Program-made: the position numbers and the translations under genes
Source: Thalia democratica
Lineage: Eukaryota
DNA: 64,000 bases
Direction of reading: 5' to 3'
NCBI GenBank assembly: GCA_965202585.1
Contig: OZ241832.1
Location: forward strand, 53,444,001 to 53,508,000
Shown: piece after piece, positions 50,801 through 62,800 of the stretch
Numbering within the stretch: position 1 is the stretch's first letter
How the letters are laid out: every line of letters begins with the position of its first letter
Notes under the pieces: generated by a model
What the model was told of the DNA's origin: nothing
Databases searched by the model: none
The model's input: only the letters and a program-made list of their open reading frames with translations

Positions 50801-53800
50801 GGTCGATAATTACTTCAACGCGTTCACAAGTCCCAATGTAAACGGTAAATTCGAGGAGAAGACTTGTGGCGAAGGGCCATCGTTGGTAGCCATGTTTGAA
50901 GACGACAAGCAGTTGCATCAGCTTATAAGCGAAACATCCGTAAGTTTGCAAATTAAGTTTTGATGTTCTAAGGAATTGGTAAAAATATTTAAGGATAAAT
51001 ATTCTTATTTACTTTTTATTAGTTTAAAATAAGGTATAGTTGCCTATGTTACTAATTCTTTTGAGTTTTTGAAATAGTAAAACAAAAATGTATTGATAAA
51101 CTTATTTTTAGAATAAAAAACTAAACTAATTTTTTTTACTAAACTAATATTATATATCAAAAGTAGGATGTTAATGTTTTGCTAGAAATCAGTGGATAGC
51201 GCGTTCAAGTCAGCAGATTATTACGTTCACACAATGAGAAAATTCCACAAGTTCTATGAGGAAAACGAGTTAATGGATGTAAAATCGCTGGACAATGGGT
51301 CGTACGATGTCGAGTTAGTTTACTGTTTTGTATTTCATTTTGCTTGTTTGTTTTGTTCCGAATATTAACAGTTAACATAACAGATGGTTTGAGAGAATGC
51401 TGAAAAAGTTCAACGAACAGCACAGCACAGCTCAATCCATAGTGACGAAGCGTGAGATGGGAGTATTGCTGTTAGATGTAACTAAATTGAAGAAAAAAAT
51501 TGTTCCCAACCCACTGAGATGCCTGAAAGTTTGTATAGTTTACTAGCACCTAAAAACATAATCAATTTGTTAATTACCTTTGTTTTTATTTAATTCTAGT
51601 TATGCAGATAGATGCTTTAAGTAAAAATGTTATGTTTTACTACTAAACAATTTAATTATAAGATAGTATTAGTTGTTTTTTTGATCTGTTCGTTGTGAAA
51701 AGCTTCTTAGAATCTTTTGTATTTCATACTGCAGGCGATACACGATGTTCTTCCGGTTTTAGCCCGTCAACAGATGAACGCAATTGAGGTGGAGGCTCAC
51801 GATGCGCAGTTTAAGCTGGAAATGAAACCTTCCAGCACCATTGAATTTGTAGACAGTCTGACGTTCCTCGATGAGATACAAGACAGAATTGAGGAAGTTG
51901 ACGCCAACGCCGTTATTGTTGAAAAAATGTACTCTTTAATCGAGCAGTACGACATTTCTGTTTTCCCTGAAGACATAGCTGCTTTTAAGGTCTGTAAAAC
52001 CTCTTTTAAGCAGTTCAATACATTTTCTAAGCTATTAGTTTGATATTAAAATAATTTGACTTTTATTTAAGTATCATTGATTATAAATTTATTAATTTAC
52101 CTCAACGTTGGAAAGAAGTAAATCATTAAAAAAATCTGTAGCAATTAAGAACAACTGTGAATAATGTTCGAAACGCAATTGACAAGTCAGTTAGCGAGCG
52201 AGAAAAGGATATTTTGAATTTTGAAGAATGCCTTCAAAAAGATATTGCTGAGCTTAAAAAAGAAGTTAAGTCACTCAAACAAGAAGGCCAGGTTATAAAT
52301 TTATTTACTATGTATCCAATTAAAAGTTGACATTGTTTTGTCTTTGACTTTATCTTTCTAACTACATCATGTTTTTTTATTTTGAACTTTATCATTTTAA
52401 TTTCTTTGTATTTGAATTCGTAGATATAAAGTCTTTTGATAAAAAACTTTTAATAGGATCCTGCGATATTAGATAAACATTCTACTAAAGATAAAGTCGT
52501 TGAATCGATAAAGCACATGATCTCAAGAATGGAAGAATTAAATGCAAGCTCTCTCAGATACAAAGGATATCAAAAGCAGTTTAAGGTTTTGAATTATTGT
52601 CTAAATTAAGTTGTACCTGATTAGATTTGTAGTAGACTACTTAATGGTTTTGCTGTTTGAATAATGAAGTCAACGCTACTTAAACACTTCTTGTTAATTT
52701 TAATACTTAACCCTGAAAAAAAATAGTAAACAAAAACATGTATACAGTTAAACTTAGTTCATATTTGAGTAGAAAAACCAGTATTCAGTTTTATACAAGC
52801 AAAACAAATACAACAAGTAAATTGTTAGTTACTGTTGAGAAGATTTCACTTGGTGCGTATTTTAGAGCTACTTTTATAGTGAACATTCAGATCTATTAAC
52901 GTATAATATAACAAAAAGTCAAAGCAAAAGTTTTTAGAGCTTGTTTCTAAACCTACTTGTAACCGTAATATCTTTTAATTAAGTTTGTTCTCAATTTTTT
53001 TCAATTTAAGCTTGAAGTGACAAAGTTCGATGAGTTAGAAGAAGTTCACTCGGAACTCAAACTGAAAGAACTGCTTTGGTACTCGTTAGACGATTGGGAT
53101 GCACTGTACAACAAATGGGTCGCCACAAAGTTCGACGAAATCGACATCGAGGAAATGACTACCCAAGTATATTGATTAGTTTAGAAGGTTTTGTGAAACT
53201 TAAGTTTGATATTGATTTCTTTTCAAGGTTAACAAATATGCGAAAATAGTTCATCAAATTGAAAGAGGCCTCCCTCCAAACGACGTTGTTCCAATGTTAA
53301 AGAGCAAAGTGATGACTTTCAAAGAAAAAGTGAGTAATTATTAGTATGAAGCCTAAGGACTAAAATAAAACTTGATAAACTTACAGATGCCTATGGTATC
53401 GAATTTGAGAAATCCCGCTCTGAAAAATAGACACTGGGAAATGATCGAAAGCGTGTTACAAAACAAAATACCAGGGCGCGAGGAACATAAAGAAAGTGGT
53501 TGGTGTTTTTTATAAATTCAGTTGAATTTAGTGCTTGTATACGAACTGATTTGTTGATATAATGTATCATAAAAAATTGAGTAGTTCAAAGTTTAGATGT
53601 AAATTTTATTTAAAATCTTATTTTGATGTATATATGATCTTTATTAGAATAATTTACATTTTTGAGAAAATTTAACGAACTATTTATGTAACTAAAGTCT
53701 TACAATATTAATTGTGCCGAAAGATGATACTGCAGAAGAAGAATACTTGACTGTGGAAATGTTGGACAGCTGGAAGGCGTTCCAGCATACTGAAGTTGTC

Positions 53801-56800
53801 GAGGAAATATCGGGAATGGCGAGCGGCGAAGCTGCGTTGGAAGTGATGATCAAGAAAGTAGAGGAGCAGTGGAAATCGCTGGAATTCAACCTACAGCTGC
53901 ATCGCGACTCGAAAGATGTCTTCATACTTGGCTCCACCGACGACATACAGGTTTCTATATTGCTTGCTTCTGTGTTTAGTGTGTGAAGCTGATTGTATTT
54001 AGTATGTTGCAATATATTATTATTTGTTTTGATTTTAGACATGTGAATAAGTTTTAATTTGTTATTTTTAAGTTGAATTAGATAGAACTATACTTCTAAT
54101 ATTTCACCATGCAAGTTCGTTTTCAACCAGGTAATGCTAGATGACAGCAGGATAACAGTTTCAACAATCGCGTCCAGCAGATACGTGGCACCCATCAAAG
54201 AAAAAGTCGAGGAATGGCATCGCCACTTGAACCTCATGAATGAAACACTCGTTAGTGGTTTGAGCTTTAAATTTTTGAATGTTTTTCTTACAAACTGTAT
54301 TGTTTTTAGGAGGAGTGGTTGGTTTGCCAACGCAACTGGCTGTATTTGGAATCCATATTTTCAGCTCCTGACATACAGCGTCAATTGCCTGCAGAAGCTA
54401 AAATGTTCTTGATTGTCGACAAGTCCTTTAAGGAAATAATGAGAAAAGTTTACAGACTGCCAAATGCTCTAAGGTATAAATGACTTTATTTAAATGCTTT
54501 TGTTTTGTGGATTGTATATAAATAAATTGATATAATGCTTTTAGGGCTGCTACATCACCTGGTCTTTTAGAAGAATTCCAGAAGGACAACGCTCTTTTGG
54601 ACCAAATACAGAAGTGTTTGGAAGCTTACCTTGAATCTAAGCGCGTTGTGTTTCCCAGATTCTACTTTCTTTCCAACGAAGAGCTCCTTGAAATTCTTGC
54701 TCAAACCAGAAATCCCATGGTTAGATGATCGTTTAATTTTTTTCAAATTCTTCAAAGTGTTTATTATCTTGAGTTACACTAAACTCTTGCAGGCCGTGCA
54801 ACCGCACCTTCAAAAATGCTTCGACGCCATCAAAAAGCTGCAGTTTGGTCGCACCGAAGAGGGCAAAGTGACCACTGACATCCTCGCAATGATTTCCCCC
54901 GAAGGCGAAAACGTCACTCTCGGCAAGGGTATCAAAGGTACAGTGTTAATTTACTAAAAAATAAATTGAACTTACAACTGAGATGTTTTTTATCAGCGCG
55001 TGGAAATGTTGAAGATTGGTTGGGAAGAGTGGAGGAGGCGATGGCGGTGAACTTGAAGAAGTTGATGAAGGCGGGAATGCACGAGTTCATAGAAGCGGAA
55101 ATCAGCAGGGAGAGCTGGTGCGTGGACCACTGCAGCCAGGTGGTTCTCACCGTCAGCCAGATCATGTGGTGCCAGGAGGTCACCGAGATACTCAACTTCA
55201 ACTACGACGAAGTTCAAGGGGAAGTCAACGACGATGACGCGCCTCTCAGCCCTGATTCCAGCAAGGAGCACCCAGGAAGCAACGGAAAGCACAGCGCTGA
55301 GTTTGACTCTCGCCAATCCTACTCGTATACAAATGCAGGTAACATGATGACTTGTAAATAATCCTTCATTGTTTTTAAAAGTTTAATTAATTTGATTTTT
55401 CTAACCTTTCTTTTTTGAACTATTTATAAAATCGCCATCAGAAAAGTTCAATCCTGTCCTTGAAGCCATGAAAGAGTTTGAGGAAATAAATTTCGAAAGA
55501 CTAAACTCACTTGCTTCCTTGACAAGATCAAATATTCCAAAGCTGCACCGAAACAATATCACTGCCCTCATTACCATTGATGTGCACGCCAGAGATATAA
55601 TTTCAGAAATGGTTGGTCTTCAATTAAAATATACCTTTCATGGCCATACAATAAAAAAATCAATCTAAAATAAATTTCACGCTACTAGTTCAAATTTATA
55701 TATCTGTTTACATAGTACAGGTATTTTTAAAATTAACAAAAATATTCAAAGGTGCGTCAAAAGATAGACAACGACCAGGACTTCATGTGGCTGCGTCAGC
55801 TGAGATACTACTGGGAACCTGACATAGACGATTGCGTGATAAAGAGCGCAGGCAACAAGTACGTGTATGGATACGAGTACCTGGGCGCGTGCCCTCGCCT
55901 CGTCATAACTCCGCTCACCGACCGGCACTACCTGACCATGATGGGAGCTTTGCAAGTTTGAACTACTTGTTTTTTTTAAATTTAAGCATAAAACAGCTAG
56001 CTTTTTTGTAGCTAAAATTATATTTTCATTTTGATTGAAAGCAATATAAATGTAATAATTTGTCACAATCTTTTTCTTAAAAAAATCTCTCTAACAGTTG
56101 GATTTGGGAGGCGCACCTGCCGGGCCTGCTGGTACAGGAAAAACTGAGACAACAAAAGATCTGGCGAAGGCCCTAGCTAAAATATGCGTCGTTTTCAACT
56201 GCAGCGAAAGTCTCGACTACAAAATCATGGGTCGATTTTTCAGGTATCATATCAAACACTGATTTGTTTTGTTTTGTTTTCAAAACCGGTTTGACTAACT
56301 TTTTACCCGAATCACAGCGGGTTGGCGCAATCAGGTGCTTGGCTGTGTTGTGACGAGTTCAACCGAATCGACATTGAAGTTTTGTCTGTCATTGCACAGC
56401 AGTTGCTCACCATTAGAAACGCTAAAATGCAGCATCTTTCAAGGTAAAAAAATATTTTTATGTATACAGCATTTTGCTTTATGAAAGCATTCATTTGAAT
56501 TTTGATATCAGGTTCATGTTCGAGGGTCGTGAGATAAAATTGATACCGACTTGCGCCGCCTTCATTACAATGAACCCCGGTTACGCGGGAAGAACCGAAC
56601 TTCCGGATAATTTGTCCGCTCTCTTCCGTCCCATCTCCATGATGGTGCCCGATTACCAACTGATCGCAGAAGTTATTCTGTACTCGGAAGGTTTCGAGGG
56701 CTCAAAAATTCTTTCAAGAAAAATGACGCAGCTCTACAAGCTTTGCTCTGAACAAGTTAGTGTGAAAAAGTTGTAGGTGTTTTATAAACCAAAATATTTT

Positions 56801-59800
56801 GTTGACTAGAAAAAATAATTGCAATGTAGCAACAGTATAGTCAAAAACTAATACTTTAATGAAAATTGTTCAACAGCTGTCACAGCAAGACCACTACGAT
56901 TTCGGCATGCGAGCAGTCAAGTCGGTGCTGGTGATGGCTGGAACTCTCAAGCGTGAAAATCCCGACATTCACGAAGAAGCCACCCTCATCAGGGCTCTTC
57001 GCGACTCCAACCTGCCCAAGTTCCTTTCACAGGTTAGTATTATTATTTCTATGTTAAAGTTTGTAATAAAATTTTCGTAAGATCCAAAGGTTATTTGTAA
57101 ACTTGATATACAACTTTAAAGTTGAACGTTTTTAGGATGCACTCTTATTCGGAGGTATTTTGAGCGACTTGTTCCCAGGAGTAGACATTCCTGAACATGA
57201 CTACGGAGTTTTTGAACAAACTATCAAAGATGTCATGCTCAGAAATAAACTCAAACCTGTTTCTGTGCTTGTTAAAAAAGTAGGCATAATAAAAATGTTA
57301 TTTTTATACATGCCACAAATATAAAGCTTTTAAACTTTCACACAACTTATATAATAACTCTTTTAACGTGCAATCAAACTGAAGGTGATACAATTGTACG
57401 AGACGATGCTGGTGCGTCACGGCTTGATGCTGGTGGGACCGACCGGCGGCGGAAAGACCGTTTGCTACCAGATGCTGGCGCAAGTGCTCGAGATGCTCAA
57501 GATCAAGGGCCATCAGAACCCCGAGTACAAGCCGGTGAAGACGACCGTCATGAACCCCAAGTCCATCACCATGGGCGAGCTGTACGGCGAGGAAGACCCG
57601 AATACCATGGAGTGGAAAGACGGTTTGATGGCAATCAGCGTCCGGCAAGCTGTTCTGGTATGTGTTTTGTATTAACATTATATGAGTTATAGACCTTAAT
57701 GGAATTCATTTGTTTTACTTTTGTATTAGTTATTATTTTATTAGTTTATTATTTGAATAATTTTATAAATACTGAACTACAATGTAGAAAATCATCTAAA
57801 ACAATGATTTTCATACAGTATATTTCATACACAAACCAGTAATATATTTTACAAATGCACTGACAACTGTGACTTGCAACAGCAAACAAAGGATTCATCG
57901 AGTGATCATCAATGGATAATTTGCGATGGTCCCGTAGACGCGCTGTGGATAGAAAACATGAACACAGTACTCGACGACAACAAGATGCTCTGCCTCGCCA
58001 ACAGTGAGAGAATTAAGCTGGCTGAAACGATCCACATGGTTTTTGAAGTGCAGGTGATTTAAAAATAACGACTAATAAAAATAACGTTCAATAATGAGTA
58101 TAGTAATTTTGCTCTCATAAAACTTTTGAAACTCATTTAACTTAAAACAAATATTAAGATTTTAAAACATCCATATAGGATTTAGCAGTTGCCTCTCCTG
58201 CAACAGTTTCTAGATGTGGTATGGTTTACATTGATCCGCCAGATCTCGGATGGAGACCAATAGTCGGTACCTGGCTAGACACGAAGATGGCCCAGCACAT
58301 GACGGTTACTACTAAGAATTTCATCAGTGATTTGTTCGATGCTTATGTTGAGGACGGAATTAGGTAGATCATTATCAACTAAACTTATTTATTATAAGCT
58401 TTTTTTTCTATGATTAAATTGTATAAATATGCTTCATTTTACAATAAACATAAAAAATTACTATTTTATAAAAAGTTTAGTGTATGACTTATAAAAAACG
58501 TTTAGAATTTTTTTCTGTTTCAACAGATATGTCGAGAAAAAGCTCATACAGACCATGGTCCAAGTTCCAATAAGCAAAGTTAAAACTTTGTGTAAATTGT
58601 TGGAATCGCTGCTACTTGGAAATAATGCACCTGATCTTAAAATGGTTTGCACTTTTTACTGGTAAACTAAATAACTCTACGTATATATATATACATATAT
58701 ATATATATCTACGAATAAATTAATTTTTTTCACACTGAGCCCACCTTCAGGGCTTTATTAATAAAAAAGTTTATTTCAAGATGCAAAACTCAAAGGACTC
58801 GAGTTTCGTGCCTATGCACCCATCAGCTTCAAAACAAGTTTAAAATAAAGCACAAAACAAAATCACGAATGAAAGTTAAAAATTTTTTGCATAAATAGAT
58901 TATGACGTAATTTTGAAACTATCAAAAATCATGCAAAACAGCTTGTGCAAAAATTAATTTACCAATCGACAATAAACTGGCAAAAATTCATAAAATTTAG
59001 TGAGTAAATATATATTAGGACAGATAATTGAAAGAGATAAAGATAAAATTAAGATACAAATTGAAATTTAGATTATTTTAAGATGAAATTAAAACTTGTT
59101 GAACTTTAAAAGCGACTTTTTTATATGTCTACAAGACGATACAAACTCGCTTCTTTTATTTAGGCATCTCTTGTCTTTCAGTGCATATACAACGGCTGAT
59201 GCTTCTTTGAGACACAGCCTACATATTGGGCTATTACCGTCAGCTATAGGCTGTGCTCTTTTTATAACTTCCCAGGATATTTCAAAGTCAATGCCGCTGC
59301 GCTTTAAGCCACAAACATACTTCAAAAAGTTCAGTGTCATTCTTATATATGCCGCCTCTAAAAGATTTTTTATGGTTGGCATACCTAAATCTAAACTGAG
59401 TCGAGCACAAGCCATACATAATATACATAGAAATATATTCAGTTAATTAACTTAATAAATTAAATCTTTCACACTGAGCCCACCTTATAGGCTTTTTTAA
59501 TGCTTTATTTCAAGATATAAAACATGAAGAACTCGAGTTTCGTGCCTATGCACTCATCAACTTCAAAACAAGTTCAAAATAAAGCACAAGAATAAACTTT
59601 TCTTGGAACAACTGTTTCTGCGTTCAACACGCTTCCTCAGCCAAGTATTTTATACAATTAAAGGCAAACTTCTGAGTACAGTAACAAAATTGTAAAAAAC
59701 AGATGTTACGTAATAATAAAATAATTAATTAGTGCATTTTAAACAACATAAATAACACATAGTTTATATAAATTGTTTTCGGTAATGTAAACCAGTTTGC

Positions 59801-62800
59801 AGTTCATTTTTTTGTTAAGAGATTCTGATTTTTTAATGTTTAAAATTTCTATTTTATCCGCGTTGCATAGTTTACATCCATTTTTTTAAACTATATTTTT
59901 TTTTCGTTCTTGTTAATTTCTCAGTAAATTTTAAAGTTAACTCTGTTATTTTTTAGTTTCCAAATATACTGTGATAAAGTTGTCGCATTATTGTTTTTCA
60001 TGGCTGTACCTGTGTTTTGTGTAGCGATCTTTGAACGTTAGTCCAGTGGAGCCAATATAAAACTTGGTTTGGGTTTCAGTTTTCACGGTCGCTTTATAAA
60101 TCAGATTTTGCGTTAAACATTTACCGGACATTCTTGTTTTCTACAGTCACACTTTCGCATCTCTTTCTCTTGCGTGTAAAAACGAAGTATATTAAAAGTT
60201 ATTTGAAAATAACAAAACAAATAATTTTTTACAAAATTAAAATACATAAACGTATTTTTAAAACATGTTCATTACTCACTAAACTTTCTGTGCACAGTAG
60301 AACGAATTCTATGTACACTACTGTGTACAAGTCTACTTTTTCAAAAACATTAATTTCTTTATTTTTCTTTGATTATTTTCAATGTATTTAAAGTTCTAAT
60401 TCATACATTTTGCATTCTGCTCCAAAATTAATCTTTTTCGTCATTGAATTTTTTCAATGTCACATATCGATCAATTCTTTTTTCTTGTAAACTCAAATGA
60501 TTTTGTCGTAACAACACCTTTGTTTGTGGTAACTTTTACTTAGCTTTTTGATAATGTTGAATAGCATTTAGAAAAAGCTTTTCTTAGTATTTGTCATGTT
60601 TTGGAGTTATATACAATATTGGTTCATTCTGCTCAGAATTATTTTTAATGAAGTTTTCTCCTAGCAGAACTTTTTGTTTTATATGCTGGACTGCTTCGGC
60701 TAAACTACCATTTTCGCTCCTGACAGCTTCAATAGCGGCATTTTGTGGTTGAAGTATTTTATTAACGACTATTTTTTATTTAAAATATAATTTTTGTATT
60801 TTCTTCTTCTACTTTATACATTAGCCCTTCTGTTATATTTTAGCTAACTTTTCTTTCTACATATATTTTCTTTGCTTTAAAGAATTATAAAGCAGCTAAA
60901 GTTAAATTACAAACAGGATTATTTAACAGTTTTTTGTTGAAAATTTTGTGGTACGGATGCGTTAATCCAACGTTTCTCCGAACAATTTCCAAGACAAGTT
61001 TACACGTTAATGTCTTTACCGACAAATAAAATGGTTGCGTGAAGTATAGGAGTTTTCCTTTTCCTTTTTGTTTTTTTTTCCTTTGCCAGCATTATACTTC
61101 AACTATTTCGATATTTTCTACGTTACAAAGTCTGCAACCAAATTTAGCATTAAACTTTGATTTTGTTTTGCAAAGTATTTCCATTTTATTTTAAAATCTG
61201 TATTGCTGTCTTTTAAATCTCAAATATAATTTGCAAGTTCTGCTGTATGTCTTTTATTTATATTTTTAAATGAAAGTTTATAATATCTATATCTTTCTGT
61301 TAATCTGTTTCCTATAGAAACTGTTTTCTTTGAAACTGTTTCAAATTTCCCTTTGATATATATAAGTTTAGTTACACAAAAGTTAACTATTGCCTTGGAC
61401 AGCCATTTTCAGCGTTCTAAAAGCTTTTTTTTCAGGTGTTTTATTCAATTAAAAACAAACTTGAAAACAAAAACAAGATTATATATTTACGTAGTAATAG
61501 CATATGTATTTATATATTTATATATATATATAATTTATTAGAAAAATAAGATTTTAAAAATACTGGTACAAGTGTTTCATAAGACTAGACGCCTTAATCT
61601 TCATCCAGCTAAATTTAAAATAAAAAGCACTTTGCTAAACATAGAAGCAAAAGTTATACAAAAAACAGTATGACGTAATAATTTGCATTATAAGAATTCA
61701 GTACAAAAATCGATCTATTACCTAACTTTCAAACAACTAAAATTAACAAAAAAAACAATTAAGTGACTATAAAATACATCTTCAAAATTAAGTGAAATGA
61801 AAATATATTGTATTTTAAGAGGAGCTTTTTCATATGTCGACAAGACGATATAAATTCACTCCTCTTATTTAAACAACCTTCCTTTTTAACGCATATATAT
61901 ATTTTTAACGCATATATATATATATATATAATAAGGTTATTATTCAAACTTGAACACCTTCTACAGAGCCCACTTGAATGACTTTAATAATTTATTGGAA
62001 AAGTACGATTTAAAAAATACTTGTACATATGTTTCATAAAGCTCAACGCTTAAAATAACGCAACAACTAAAATTCACAAAAATACTATTAATTGACTTTG
62101 AAATATTTCAAAATTTATTGTATTTTTGTATTATAGGTCGACAAGACAATGTAAATTCATTCCTCTTATTTAAGCAACCTTCTTTTTCAACGCATACACA
62201 ACGGCCGTTGATTTTTTTAAGCACATCCTACAAACAGGGTTATTACCATCTGCTATTGACTGTGCTCTTTTTATCATCTCCCAGGTTATTTTGAAATCAA
62301 TGTTTTTGCGTTTTAGGTTACAAACATACTTTGAAATCTCAGTCTCATTTTCATATGCACCACCTTTTAAAGATTTTTTAATGGTTAGCATACCGAAATC
62401 TGAACTGAGTTGAGCATAAGCCGATGTAGAACTTCTTCTCAAGGTCAGAGTTAACTGTTGCCTTGTAAGTAATGTTCTCCGAACGGCAATTGCCCCTTTC
62501 TAATTATGTTTGCATCCACCAGCACAAATGCATTGGTTCAGGATTAGATTACTTTTATATAATATTTTATGATTGTTGGAAATATCCTTTTAATGATTTT
62601 CACTGTTCTCATTTTTTGATCTTGGTTGAAGAAGAACGTTTTACACCTTTTTGTCTCTATCAGTTGGTGAACCTTCTAGTACACTAAAGTCGTATACACC
62701 GCTTTATTGATTGTCGATATATTTTTAATAATTAAATTTGACTTTTTGAAAATGTTGCGTGTTTTCAACCACTTCTTATTTATAGAGGCTTCGTCTTTCA

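Noticed and set aside
54993-57692. Antisense and off-frame ORFs over dynein exons (54993-55316, 55016-55237, 55746-56066, 56312-56659, 57304-57678, 57462-57692)
   Set aside because: Shadows of GC-rich dynein exons (few stops in alternative frames); no independent motifs.
59921-61222. TGA at conserved Trp positions in two PLE relics (59921, 61220): recoding or selenocysteine?
   Set aside because: Both relics carry other stops and frameshifts, TGG-to-TGA is a common transition, and the host genes use TGG with no in-frame TGA.
59089-62442. N-termini given by the ORF track for 59089-59415 and 62170-62442 (MACARLS..., MRRSSTS...)
   Set aside because: Wrong frame upstream of a frameshift; the shifted frame gives the [16 protein letters not shown] endonuclease motif.
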